Both the position numbers and the translations under genes were made by a program. This document shows positions 7,674-15,541 of a stretch of 19,108 nucleotides of DNA, one piece after another. How positions within the stretch are numbered: the stretch's first letter is position 1; each line of letters starts with the position of its first letter. The notes beneath the pieces were generated by a model. That model did not search any database. It was given only the letters and a program-made list of their open reading frames with translations, and was not told where the DNA came from. The stretch is from positions 1 through 19,108 of the IMG/VR virus record IMGVR_UViG_2534681697_000017. One strand, written 5' to 3'. This DNA is from a virus (Duplodnaviria; Heunggongvirae; Uroviricota; Caudoviricetes).

Positions 7674-9183
7674 GCTGGCCTCCGGTCATGGCTTTCTTGC
7701 GCCCTTTGGCATAGGCAATGATCTTTGACTTGATGAAATTGTGCACTTCAACCGAGGTTTGCAGCGGCGCGTTACTGAAGCCTTTAGGCCACACCCCGAA
7801 CTTCTCTTTGTAGGTATGAGCGCACCATCCGTCACTCAGTGGCTTACCTGTCGCGTTGCGGTAATTCTGATAGCCCTTGATCTCACTCCACCACCGCTGT
7901 TTTTCCTCGCGGCTGTATTCGCGTTTCCCTTTGTTTACGCGAGAGAGTTTTCGATCGCGGTCTGTTGCCACATCATCGCCACCAAGAGGACGAAACCCAC
8001 ATTTGGGACACATGTGTACACCAGCAGGCTTCATGAAGTGGCATTTGGGGCATTCTCTGGGAAGTTTTTCAGCTTTAACCTCGCCACCGCCAGCAGACGC
8101 TTTCATTCCGTCATTTTTGCCCGGCAGTTCGTCATACTCGATATCCTCGGGGAAACCCAGCCGATGAACCGTGCCAGAATGGTCGAAAATCAACGCACGT
8201 TGTTTACCTGGGGCTGTACGTAACGCTCTACCTATGCACTGCAACCAACGGATTTCTGATTTTGTCGGACGGGCATAGATCAGGCAGCGAACATCGCTGT
8301 CAAATCCCGCAACCAGTACGCCGACGTTGACAATTATTTTGGTCACGCCCTCTTCAAAACGGCGAATGATGTCCTGTCGTTCATCATGGAGGGTATCTGC
8401 CATCATCACCTCTGCGCCAATACCGGCCTGTAAAAACTCACGGGTAACAAAATTCGCATGCGCAACATTCACACAGAAGCAGATCGTCGGCAAATCCTCA
8501 CCATTCTCAAGCCAGTTGCGAACGATATCGCCAACCAGATCCGAACTCCCCATGATGGATGCGAGCTGCTCCTCGTTGTAATCCCGTCCAAATACGGTGT
8601 TACTGGTTTTTACGCCAGCCAGATCAGGCATTGAGGGGGCAAAAAACTCATAATCGCTCAGATCACCACGCTGAATAAGTTCACGAATCGTTGTAGGCTT
8701 GATCAGGCATTCGTAGTACTTCCCCATCCAGGCTGCGAACGGGGTACCGGAAAGTCCAAGAACCCTGATGTCTCTGTCCCGGATAACCTCAAGTAACGCA
8801 CGACGCTTCATGTGTGCTTCATCGATGATCAGCAGATCGATGTTGTCAGGAAACTCACGACGGATCAGCGTGTCGGCACTGGCAATCTGAATCAGTCGTG
8901 ACGGGTCATAGTTAGGGTGATCACGCCATACAAAACTGATTTCTTCCCACGGCAAACCGTATTCGGTGAAACGTTCCGCTGTCTGGTTCAGCAGGATGGT
9001 GTACGGACAGACAAACATCACTCGCATACCACGTTCAACCATTCCGGCGGTGACGAATGCTGCAAGACCAGTTTTGCCAGAGCCAGTGGGTGCATACATC
9101 AGGTACGTGCGATGCTGTTTCCACTGGTGCCGCAGCTGGTTTAAACCGCGCTCCTGAGCAAAGTTTGGGATTATTTTCAGCAT
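7663..9183 (-). CDS. Superfamily-2 DEAD/DEAH-box helicase with C-terminal zinc ribbon (phage replicative helicase)
   Basis: Walker A (APTGSGKT), DEAH box (LLIIDEAHM), C-terminal CPKCHFMKP...CPKCGF. 506 aa. Confidence 0.8.
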   Translation of the reverse strand: MLKIIPNFAQERGLNQLRHQWKQHRTYLMYAPTGSGKTGLAAFVTAGMVERGMRVMFVCPYTILLNQTAERFTEYGLPWEEISFVWRDHPNYDPSRLIQIASADTLIRREFPDNIDLLIIDEAHMKRRALLEVIRDRDIRVLGLSGTPFAAWMGKYYECLIKPTTIRELIQRGDLSDYEFFAPSMPDLAGVKTSNTVFGRDYNEEQLASIMGSSDLVGDIVRNWLENGEDLPTICFCVNVAHANFVTREFLQAGIGAEVMMADTLHDERQDIIRRFEEGVTKIIVNVGVLVAGFDSDVRCLIYARPTKSEIRWLQCIGRALRTAPGKQRALIFDHSGTVHRLGFPEDIEYDELPGKNDGMKASAGGGEVKAEKLPRECPKCHFMKPAGVHMCPKCGFRPLGGDDVATDRDRKLSRVNKGKREYSREEKQRWWSEIKGYQNYRNATGKPLSDGWCAHTYKEKFGVWPKGFSNAPLQTSVEVHNFIKSKIIAYAKGRKKAMTGGQHAN

Positions 9184-9563
9184 GACGCCCCCTTGCTACG
9201 TGATTTACCCGTTGCCGGGATCACGTCGATCTCATCGCTAACGTATTGATCCGGATTACGTGAACAGCGCAGAAGCACGATACCAGGAATGCCGTATAGC
9301 TTGAGTCTGCGCAGTTTCAGTATTGAACGTGCCCGTGGTGACGCTCTGTCCACCTCGATCGCGCACCGTTCACCAGATGGGGCAACGACCATGATATCGA
9401 CGAATCCGCGCTTACCGTTGCCCATATCAACCAGATAATTACGTTCGATCGCCAGTCCGGCATCACGCAATTTGGCAGCCAGCACATAATCAAACGTGAC
9501 CTTGTCTTTTCCGGTGTAGAATTTGTTTCCGAGCAGGCTGATAACCACATGTTTGATGAACAT
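9177..9563 (-). CDS. Hypothetical protein, possibly nuclease-fold (VRR-NUC/PD-(D/E)xK-like), coupled to the helicase
   Basis: 128-aa ORF whose stop overlaps the helicase start. The GFVDIMVV...AIEVD segment loosely resembles a PD-(D/E)xK core; weak inference. Confidence 0.45.
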   Translation of the reverse strand: MFIKHVVISLLGNKFYTGKDKVTFDYVLAAKLRDAGLAIERNYLVDMGNGKRGFVDIMVVAPSGERCAIEVDRASPRARSILKLRRLKLYGIPGIVLLRCSRNPDQYVSDEIDVIPATGKSRSKGASC

Positions 9564-9785
9564 GGTACTATTTCCACCGCAATAGTTGGCATAATAATAA
9601 TTTCGCCAGAAACCATCTCACCCTATACAGTGATCTACCTAACCTATGGAGCTGCCTTCCTCTGGTAGTGCCCTTACAGGCACGGATGTTACAGATCTGC
9701 CCCCTTACCCCCTTCTTAGTAAAATTTCAAGCGCAATGATTTCATGAGAAATCATTTCACAAAAAAATAATCACCTTGATGAGAT

Positions 9786-10067
9786 CTATTCCTTCCGTAT
9801 CGCTACTGGCGAAAGCATCCAGCCACGGCTGGCTCTCGCGTACTTCTGGACATACACCCGTAACCGGGTGTTGGCACTCCGTCTTGCCCTGTTGCCCTTC
9901 CTGAACGATACAGGCTCCTTGTCCCACTCTTCCTGGTACACTCTCGCGTACTCTGCTGCAATTTTTACCCTGGTGGTCGGGTCTAGCTGTAACAATTGCT
10001 CCTGTATCCAGTCCCGATCAGCATCACAGTACTGATCGGGCATAACCGTTTTGATTTGCCTGTTCAC
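9786..10067 (-). CDS. Hypothetical protein (93 aa), first gene after cro-like
   Basis: GTG start at 10067 preceded by GGAGGTG at 5-nt spacing; an alternative ATG lies at 10043. No recognisable domain. Confidence 0.5.
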   Translation of the reverse strand: MNRQIKTVMPDQYCDADRDWIQEQLLQLDPTTRVKIAAEYARVYQEEWDKEPVSFRKGNRARRSANTRLRVYVQKYARASRGWMLSPVAIRKE

Positions 10068-10089
10068 TCACACCTCCGATGGAGGGTTA

Positions 10090-10329
10090 TCAGGCTGTTT
10101 GCCTTACATGAAGCGGAATACCATCTTCCATGTTTAGGTAGTCATGCGGGTTTAGTTCATGGGGAGTTACATTCCAGTCTGTAGCTTTTGCCCATTCAAT
10201 GGCTTTCCGCCCCTGAGGCATGTATCTCCCTGTAATAACCCCACTGACAAATCCCTGAGAAACTCCAACAATCGCCGCAAAATCGGCTTGTCTGATAGAG
10301 CTTTGTCTCAAGTACTCGTCAAGAGTCAT
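10090..10329 (-). CDS. Cro-like HTH regulator (Cro/YdaS-type)
   Basis: Transcribed divergently from cI; helix-turn-helix SIRQADFAAIVGVSQGFVSGVITGR; GGGAGG ribosome-binding site 7 nt upstream of the ATG. Confidence 0.65.
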   Translation of the reverse strand: MTLDEYLRQSSIRQADFAAIVGVSQGFVSGVITGRYMPQGRKAIEWAKATDWNVTPHELNPHDYLNMEDGIPLHVRQTA

Positions 10330-10434
10330 AGAGATCCTCCCATTTCAATTTTCCGATATTAGCTTACCTGATTTAAATGTCAATAGGCTAGCTATTTGAT
10401 AAATATTTGTGTTGCTAATAAAATTGGAGGCACT
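10330..10434. promoter_or_regulatory. cI/cro divergent intergenic control region (oR-like, pR/pRM-like)
   Basis: 105-bp AT-rich spacer between divergent repressor genes; contains an imperfect dyad TAGCTTACC...GGCTAGCTA. Operators are not individually resolved. Confidence 0.5.
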
Positions 10435-11154
10435 ATGACGAAGAAAATTACAATTACTGACAAAGACATCCAGAACGCTGAACGACTGCGCAAAATCTGG
10501 GATGAAAAACGGAAACAGCTATCCCTAAGCCAGGAAAAAGCCGCAGATATCCTCGGCTTCAAAACGCAGGGGGCTGTTAGTCAGTTATTGAACGCAAAAA
10601 TTGCGTTAAATACTGAAAATACCCTTAAGTTTGCGGCTTTATTACAGGTTCCTGCGGAAGAAATTAATCCAGATCTGAGTGATTTGTTACGCAGTATTCG
10701 TACCCACACACCGGGAAACAGGCGTAACCTGTTCGAGAAATATTACGAATATCCGTTACTCTCCTGCGTACAGGCTGGAGCTTTCTCAATGGATGATTTT
10801 TCGTACACCGCAAAGGATGCGATTAAGTGGATCTCCACCACCACAAAAGCCAGTGACAGGTCGTTCTGGCTGGAGGTCAAGGGGCATTCAATGACCGCGC
10901 CGCAGGGTGGTAAACCCAGTTTCCCCGAAGGGATGCTGATACTCGTTGACCCTGAGCGGGAGATTGAGGATGGCGATTTTTGCGTGGCCCGAATGAATGG
11001 CGATGAATTCACCTTCAAACGATTCATTCGTGAGAGCGGTAAAGCGTACCTGGAGCCACTCAACCCACGATTCGACATGATTGAGTGTAACGAAAACTGC
11101 CAGTTTGTCGGAAAGGTCATAAAGTCGCAGTGGAATGATGAGACTTTTGATTGA
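10435..11154 (+). CDS. cI: Lambda-family CI repressor (HTH plus S24 LexA-like autopeptidase domain)
   Basis: C-terminal half ([32 protein letters not shown]...[11 protein letters not shown]...[14 protein letters not shown]) closely resembles the lambda CI C-terminal domain as recalled, including an Ala-Gly site (VQAGAF). N-terminal HTH is divergent. Start at ATG 10435 with GGAGG upstream. Confidence 0.9.
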   Translation: MTKKITITDKDIQNAERLRKIWDEKRKQLSLSQEKAADILGFKTQGAVSQLLNAKIALNTENTLKFAALLQVPAEEINPDLSDLLRSIRTHTPGNRRNLFEKYYEYPLLSCVQAGAFSMDDFSYTAKDAIKWISTTTKASDRSFWLEVKGHSMTAPQGGKPSFPEGMLILVDPEREIEDGDFCVARMNGDEFTFKRFIRESGKAYLEPLNPRFDMIECNENCQFVGKVIKSQWNDETFD

Positions 11155-11275
11155 ACTCACAGGATGATATCAATAACCTTGCAGGGAGGCTATTTTATTT
11201 CCTTTTTCAGCGAAAAATCTCCGAGAACCCTCGCCCAATGCGGGCGGGGAGCAGTCGCAATCAAGTGAGCCATAA

Positions 11276-11446
11276 ATGAACAAAGACAAATCCTTGACAC
11301 AACAAGTGGAAGAAATACTTAGCAAGCAAAAAGTTAGCGAGCAAGGAAAAATGATTCAATCATTAAAGAACATGGGCTTGATCAACAAGCCTGTTTTTAC
11401 TTTGGCTTATGGACCAGATATTACAACCTGCCAAATGCACCAATAA
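11276..11446 (+). CDS. Small ORF (56 aa) downstream of cI, unknown function
   Basis: ATG 11276 to TAA 11444-11446, immediately followed by a strong terminator; weak ribosome-binding site; below the size cutoff of the supplied ORF track. Confidence 0.3.
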   Translation: MNKDKSLTQQVEEILSKQKVSEQGKMIQSLKNMGLINKPVFTLAYGPDITTCQMHQ

Positions 11447-11478
11447 CAAAACCCGGCCTTGGTGCCGGGTTTTGTTTG
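11447..11478. terminator. Bidirectional intrinsic terminator between the cI and hicAB transcription units
   Basis: AAAACCCGGC-CTTGGT-GCCGGGTTTT perfect 10-bp stem, flanked by T-runs on both strands. Confidence 0.7.
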
Positions 11479-11560
11479 CCTCCTGCTCACCCCACCATTT
11501 ACCAGTGCGCCGTAAATTCCCCATTCTTCGGCGGTGAGGATGTCAAAGACGAAGGGAACA

Positions 11561-11905
11561 TTAAGCCCCTGTGTGATGGTTGACTTCTTTTTCCAGCGCC
11601 TTATTAACAAAGGCGTTCAGTGATAAATCTTCTTCCATCGCCATTTCAGCGACCCGACGATGCAGTTCTGGATCAAGTCTGACGTTAAACACACCTTTAA
11701 ACGGGGTATCAGGCTCCTTTCCATCCTCCACACAAGACTGTAAATACAGCTCAACCGATGTCTTAAACTCCTGTTCCAGTTCAGCTAATGTAGAAGCCTC
11801 ATAAGTTACCAGGTCTCGAATAAACGCCAGTTTTCCGTACAGGATATTATTTTCAAAATCTGGTTCTACTGTACCTAAATATCCTTTATATTTTAGATGA
11901 TTCAT
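11561..11905 (-). CDS. hicB: HicB-family antitoxin (HicB fold plus C-terminal ribbon-helix-helix)
   Basis: ATG overlaps the hicA stop (ATGA at 11902-11905); C-terminal ELHRRVAEMAMEEDLSLNAFVNKALEKEV is RHH-like. Confidence 0.7.
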   Translation of the reverse strand: MNHLKYKGYLGTVEPDFENNILYGKLAFIRDLVTYEASTLAELEQEFKTSVELYLQSCVEDGKEPDTPFKGVFNVRLDPELHRRVAEMAMEEDLSLNAFVNKALEKEVNHHTGA

Positions 11906-12156
11906 AATACCCCAGCCTCTTTCAGATTCTGTTTAATCGCTTTCAGCGTTCCACCTTTAATATAACTTTCTGGATGTGGGCGATGCATTAATATGGTGTG
12001 GTTGATTTCAGCATTGAAAAACCGCACTCTTGAGCCCTGCATTTCCTTTTTGACATATCCCAGAGAGGAAAACAAAACGACCAACTCATCCCATTCAAAC
12101 GTTTTTTTACTGTTTAAAAACTTTTCCAGTAGCTTATCTGCTTTCCCCATACCCAC
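11902..12156 (-). CDS. hicA: HicA-family toxin (mRNA interferase)
   Basis: GSRVRF...HRPHP...IKGGTLKAIKQNLKEAG matches the HicA consensus. The listed start is GTG 12156; an alternative ATG lies at 12150. Confidence 0.7.
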   Translation of the reverse strand: MGMGKADKLLEKFLNSKKTFEWDELVVLFSSLGYVKKEMQGSRVRFFNAEINHTILMHRPHPESYIKGGTLKAIKQNLKEAGVL

Positions 12157-12305
12157 ATAATCTCATCTTCGCTACATTGCAACTAATTATAGTTACAGGC
12201 GATGTTTTTGTCAAAAGCCACCAAGCCCGCTGGGTTCTCTTTGACTGTTCACTGCTTTTCTTAGTGTTATCAGGGGGTTCCCTCACACCAAATCTAACAC
12301 AGAGT

Positions 12306-12332
12306 AACCGGCCTCAGCGCCGGTTTTTCTTT
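12306..12332 (+). terminator. Plus-strand intrinsic terminator upstream of the putative early-left promoter
   Basis: AACCGGC-CTCAGC-GCCGGTT stem followed by TTTTTCTTT; no U-run on the opposite strand. Confidence 0.55.
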
Positions 12333-12443
12333 GCGCATCCTCCATAACTCACCACCTGCATTATCCTCGCTTATATTTTTTACATAAATAAATTAATCTA
12401 AAAATCAATCACATAGATTAAAATTAAATTATCAGTCTTACTA

Positions 12444-12473
12444 TTAACTGCGATCAGTTGCGCTTATTATATT
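12444..12473 (+). promoter_or_regulatory. Candidate early-left (pL-like) promoter
   Basis: TTAACT, an 18-nt spacer, then TATATT, within a very AT-rich block; read by eye only. Confidence 0.3.
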
Positions 12474-12495
12474 TTACCCAAGCCAGAAACATCGC

Positions 12496-12565
12496 GCCCT
12501 GACACAGGGCTACATAAATCAGTCGTACGGCGCGACTTAACCCGCCGCAAAATGCTCTTTAACAA
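12496..12565 (+). promoter_or_regulatory. Antitermination-like element: boxB-like hairpin (12496-12510) plus rrn-type boxA (12553-12565)
   Basis: GCCCTGACACAGGGC has the same stem as lambda nut boxB (GCCCU...AGGGC) with a different loop; TGCTCTTTAACAA equals the E. coli rrn boxA consensus as recalled. Confidence 0.4.
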
Positions 12566-12854
12566 TCTGGAGCTTTACAGCGTCAATGACCTGTTTAGAC
12601 CCCTACACGTAAACGTGCTGTATCATCGGGTGCGATCCGGTCGATGAGAGAGTATCCCCGCGCGAGAGCGAGAACGGCGTGAGAACGGGCAACACTGGCA
12701 GGAAGTTGGCGCTGACCAATACAGGGAATGTTTTGGGGTGCAGGCGGCACCGCCAAAGCATTTCCGAGAAAGGACGATATTGACTGCGTGTGATGTCGGG
12801 GCTATATTTGGCGAACACCTCATAAAACGGGTGCCGGGATTAGCACCCCGAAAG

Positions 12855-12893
12855 TTACTCGAGCGCATAACCGCGCTGAAGCGGTTTTTTTAT
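12855..12893 (+). terminator. Putative intrinsic terminator in the leader just upstream of the Rha-like gene
   Basis: CGCATAA-CCGCGCTGAAGCGG-TTTTTTTATGCG: inner hairpin (ACCGC/GCGGT) plus T7 run, enclosed by an outer CGCATAA/TTATGCG stem. Confidence 0.4.
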
Positions 12894-13057
12894 GCGTAAT
12901 GCACAGCCACATTCAAATTATGGTGAGGCGTGCGGGGCAGCCGCAAGGCTGGCCGGGTTCTCGAGTGACCGGTAGTGCTAACCCTGTGCGTCTCACCACC
13001 CATGAGATTAGCACCTCTGGTGGTGAGTTAATTAACTTATCACTTGAGGATGTCATT

Positions 13058-13435
13058 ATGGCTACTACCCTTTCTCACCCTGACGTAACCATCGAAAATG
13101 GTCGCGCCGTCACTACTTCTATTTCGATTGCTGAGTTTTTTGGCAAGCAGCATCACCATGTTGTTCAGAAAATAGAATCCCTCGAATGCTCTGAGCAATT
13201 CTTAACCCGCAACTTTTCGCGGGTTAAATTCGAACACCGAGGCAATACCTATAACGCCTACCAAATCACCAAAAACGGCTTCGTTTTTCTGGTGATGGGC
13301 TTCACCGGCAAAAAAGCAGCTGCATTCAAGGAAGCCTACATTGCTGAATTCGATCGCATGGAAAAACAACTATGGGAACAGAAACAACTGGCCCTGTCTT
13401 CTCCTGCGATGAATATCAATTTCCCTTTATCGTAG
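13058..13435 (+). CDS. Rha-family phage regulatory protein (125 aa)
   Basis: VTTSISIAEFFGKQHHHVVQKIESL resembles the Phage_pRha motif. Start at ATG 13058 with GAGGA 7 nt upstream; the longer ORF from 12899 is rejected. Confidence 0.6.
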   Translation: MATTLSHPDVTIENGRAVTTSISIAEFFGKQHHHVVQKIESLECSEQFLTRNFSRVKFEHRGNTYNAYQITKNGFVFLVMGFTGKKAAAFKEAYIAEFDRMEKQLWEQKQLALSSPAMNINFPLS

Positions 13436-13462
13436 TTTTCAGAGCATCACCCCTATGCCACG

Positions 13463-13696
13463 ATGAACTATGTTGATAGAAATACATTGCAGCTTGATAC
13501 CTCCGTCTTATTCGACATGCCAAGCCCTGCAATGCGCATATTTAATGAATTACGTCGTAACGGCTATAACGTCGATGCGGCTGTCGCCGAATTTAACGCC
13601 TTCAAGCATCTGACGGAAGAAATGCGCCGTAAATTGCTGGATATTTCCCGCACATCGGAAAAGTCTTCCCGCTTTGGTTTCAACGTTAATCTTTAA
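13463..13696 (+). CDS. Hypothetical protein (77 aa)
   Basis: ORF in the early-left operon; weak ribosome-binding site. Confidence 0.45.
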   Translation: MNYVDRNTLQLDTSVLFDMPSPAMRIFNELRRNGYNVDAAVAEFNAFKHLTEEMRRKLLDISRTSEKSSRFGFNVNL

Positions 13697-13766
13697 TTAA
13701 CCCCATCCCCGATCACATATCGGGGATTAAATTAAATATCTGGATTAATTAACCGGAGGATTTGTC

Positions 13767-13979
13767 ATGCTCAAACCTCACTACGGAACCGCATTAGTTT
13801 CTCGCGAGGACGTTAAACCCGGTACAGCAATTCTTTACAACGGGCGTTATTACATGGCGTCAGCTAACGTTAATAATGCACTTTACGCACATTCACTGAT
13901 TGAAAAAATCCGCATTATTTCAGATGCAATCGAAGTTTACCTGAACCATAAAGGCCAACCGTTAATCTCACCAGCCTGA
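13767..13979 (+). CDS. Hypothetical protein (70 aa)
   Basis: ATG preceded by CCGGAGGA. Confidence 0.55.
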   Translation: MLKPHYGTALVSREDVKPGTAILYNGRYYMASANVNNALYAHSLIEKIRIISDAIEVYLNHKGQPLISPA

Positions 13980-13990
13980 AAGGAAATATC

Positions 13991-14272
13991 ATGCTCAATC
14001 AAAAAATTAATATCAATGTAAAAAACGTCATAACGCCAGCAGAAACGATAATGGGAGAAGTTTTTATGGATGATAAAATCATCGCCTATTTTGTCGTCCT
14101 GCCTGATGAGGCTATTTCTGTTATTGATACGGAAGGCAATGTTATGTTTATCGCGGAACATCCAGAAGACATCGCATTACAGGCCGCTGCATATTTCTTC
14201 GCTAAAGAGCAGGAGGAAGAATGTAACTGCCCTGTCTGTCAGCTTTCCCGACAAATTAATTTAATGCATTAA
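13991..14272 (+). CDS. Hypothetical protein (93 aa), acidic with C-terminal CxxC
   Basis: ATG preceded by AAAGGAAA. Confidence 0.55.
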   Translation: MLNQKININVKNVITPAETIMGEVFMDDKIIAYFVVLPDEAISVIDTEGNVMFIAEHPEDIALQAAAYFFAKEQEEECNCPVCQLSRQINLMH

Positions 14273-14292
14273 CCGGAATCAGGAGTTCCGCC

Positions 14293-14574
14293 ATGAACGC
14301 ATACCTCACCTGCGACCGCATAGAGGAGCGTCGCTGGGTTAATCAGCATATTCAGGATGAAAAGGATAAATGGATTGATGATCGGGCGCAGGAGCTTATC
14401 AGCATGTTCCCCGATAAACCATTGCTTATGAGCAGCCTTTTTTTACCCAAAGAAGCCCAACTGGCACTCACTGGCGAAAAAGCTGAAGAGGCGTACAACG
14501 ATTATATCTCAGCGATCGCCTATGCTCGGGCGGAAGAAGAATGGGAGAGAAAATTCTCCCCCTGTCCTTTCTGA
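14293..14574 (+). CDS. Hypothetical protein (93 aa)
   Basis: ATG preceded by CAGGAG. Confidence 0.55.
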   Translation: MNAYLTCDRIEERRWVNQHIQDEKDKWIDDRAQELISMFPDKPLLMSSLFLPKEAQLALTGEKAEEAYNDYISAIAYARAEEEWERKFSPCPF

Positions 14575-14591
14575 TTTTCAGGACCAAAAAA

Positions 14592-15541
14592 ATGTTCGAT
14601 ATCGTTGAATTTGTTAAGCAGCAGGAGCGCTTTTTCTGCGAGGCATTAACTGAACCGACGCTGACATGGGCGAAGGAAAGTCAGTTTGCAATTCAGCAAT
14701 TCCAGAAAAATGCCTTTCTGGCTGACACAGCACGGGCAAATCTGCCCAGCGCACAGAACGCTATCATCAATGTTGCCGCCATCGGCATAACCCTGAACCC
14801 GGCCAGCAAGCTGGCGTATCTGGTCCCACGAAAAAAGGCTGTATGCCTGGATATCAGTTATATGGGGCTTCTGCATCTGGCACAGGTCACAGGAGCCATT
14901 CAGTGGGGGCAATGCAAACTTGTTTACGAGAAGGACATTTACGAGTCCAACGGTATTGACTGCGCCCCCACGCACAAATACAACCCATTCGTAGACAGGG
15001 GCGCACGCATTGGCGGTTATTGTGTCGTAAAAACATCCGAAGGCGACTATCTGACCGAAGAGATGAGCAACAGGGAAATCGAGGTCATCAGGGCGTGCAG
15101 CAAAGCCGGAAATAACGGAGGAAGTAGCCCGTGGGATAGTTTCCCCGATGAAATGGCCAGAAAAGCCATTGTAAGCGCGCCAGCAAATACTGGCCCCGTC
15201 GCGATCGCCTGGATACAGCTATCGACTACCTGAACACTCAGGCCGGTGAAGGTATCATCCTGAATGCTGATCACATCCCTGAGCGTGACGTCACTCCCGC
15301 ATCAGATGAGATTATCAATGAGATCACTCAGGCAATCACCGAAATTAACAAGACATGGGATGACCTGCTTCCCTTATGTTCCAAAACATTCCGTCGCACG
15401 ATTGCATCACATGAATATCTCAGTCAGGAAGAAGCTGTCAAAACGCTTGATTTTGTCAAAAAGAAAGCTGCCAGAAACAAGGCCACGGCGGAAGCGAAAA
15501 TTCACGCCACCACGGAAAATAGCAGCGAGGCCGTGTCATGA
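14592..15541 (+). pseudogene. recT: RecT-family single-strand annealing protein, interrupted by a -1 frameshift near 15172
   Basis: The N-terminal 213 codons (14592-15233) are RecT-like (AIGITLNPASKLAYLVPRKK...). The expected C-terminal continuation (KRASKYWPRRDRLDTAIDYLN...SEAVS) is read in the -1 frame from about 15173 to the TGA at 15539-15541, which overlaps the exonuclease start. Confidence 0.7.

Noticed and set aside
7741-9157. Several plus-strand ORFs (60-160 aa) antisense to the helicase gene
   Set aside because: Fully contained within a well-supported 506-aa helicase on the opposite strand; no ribosome-binding sites or recognisable motifs.
12603-12868. Two overlapping minus-strand ORFs (71 and 81 aa) inside the early-left leader
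   Set aside because: Antisense to the leader, no ribosome-binding sites, low-complexity Arg/Ser/Pro composition typical of GC-rich non-coding frames.
12899-13057. Longer 178-aa version of the Rha-like ORF starting at 12899
   Set aside because: The N-terminal 53 codons overlap the leader terminator and have no ribosome-binding site, whereas ATG 13058 has GAGGA at ideal spacing and marks where Rha-like similarity begins.
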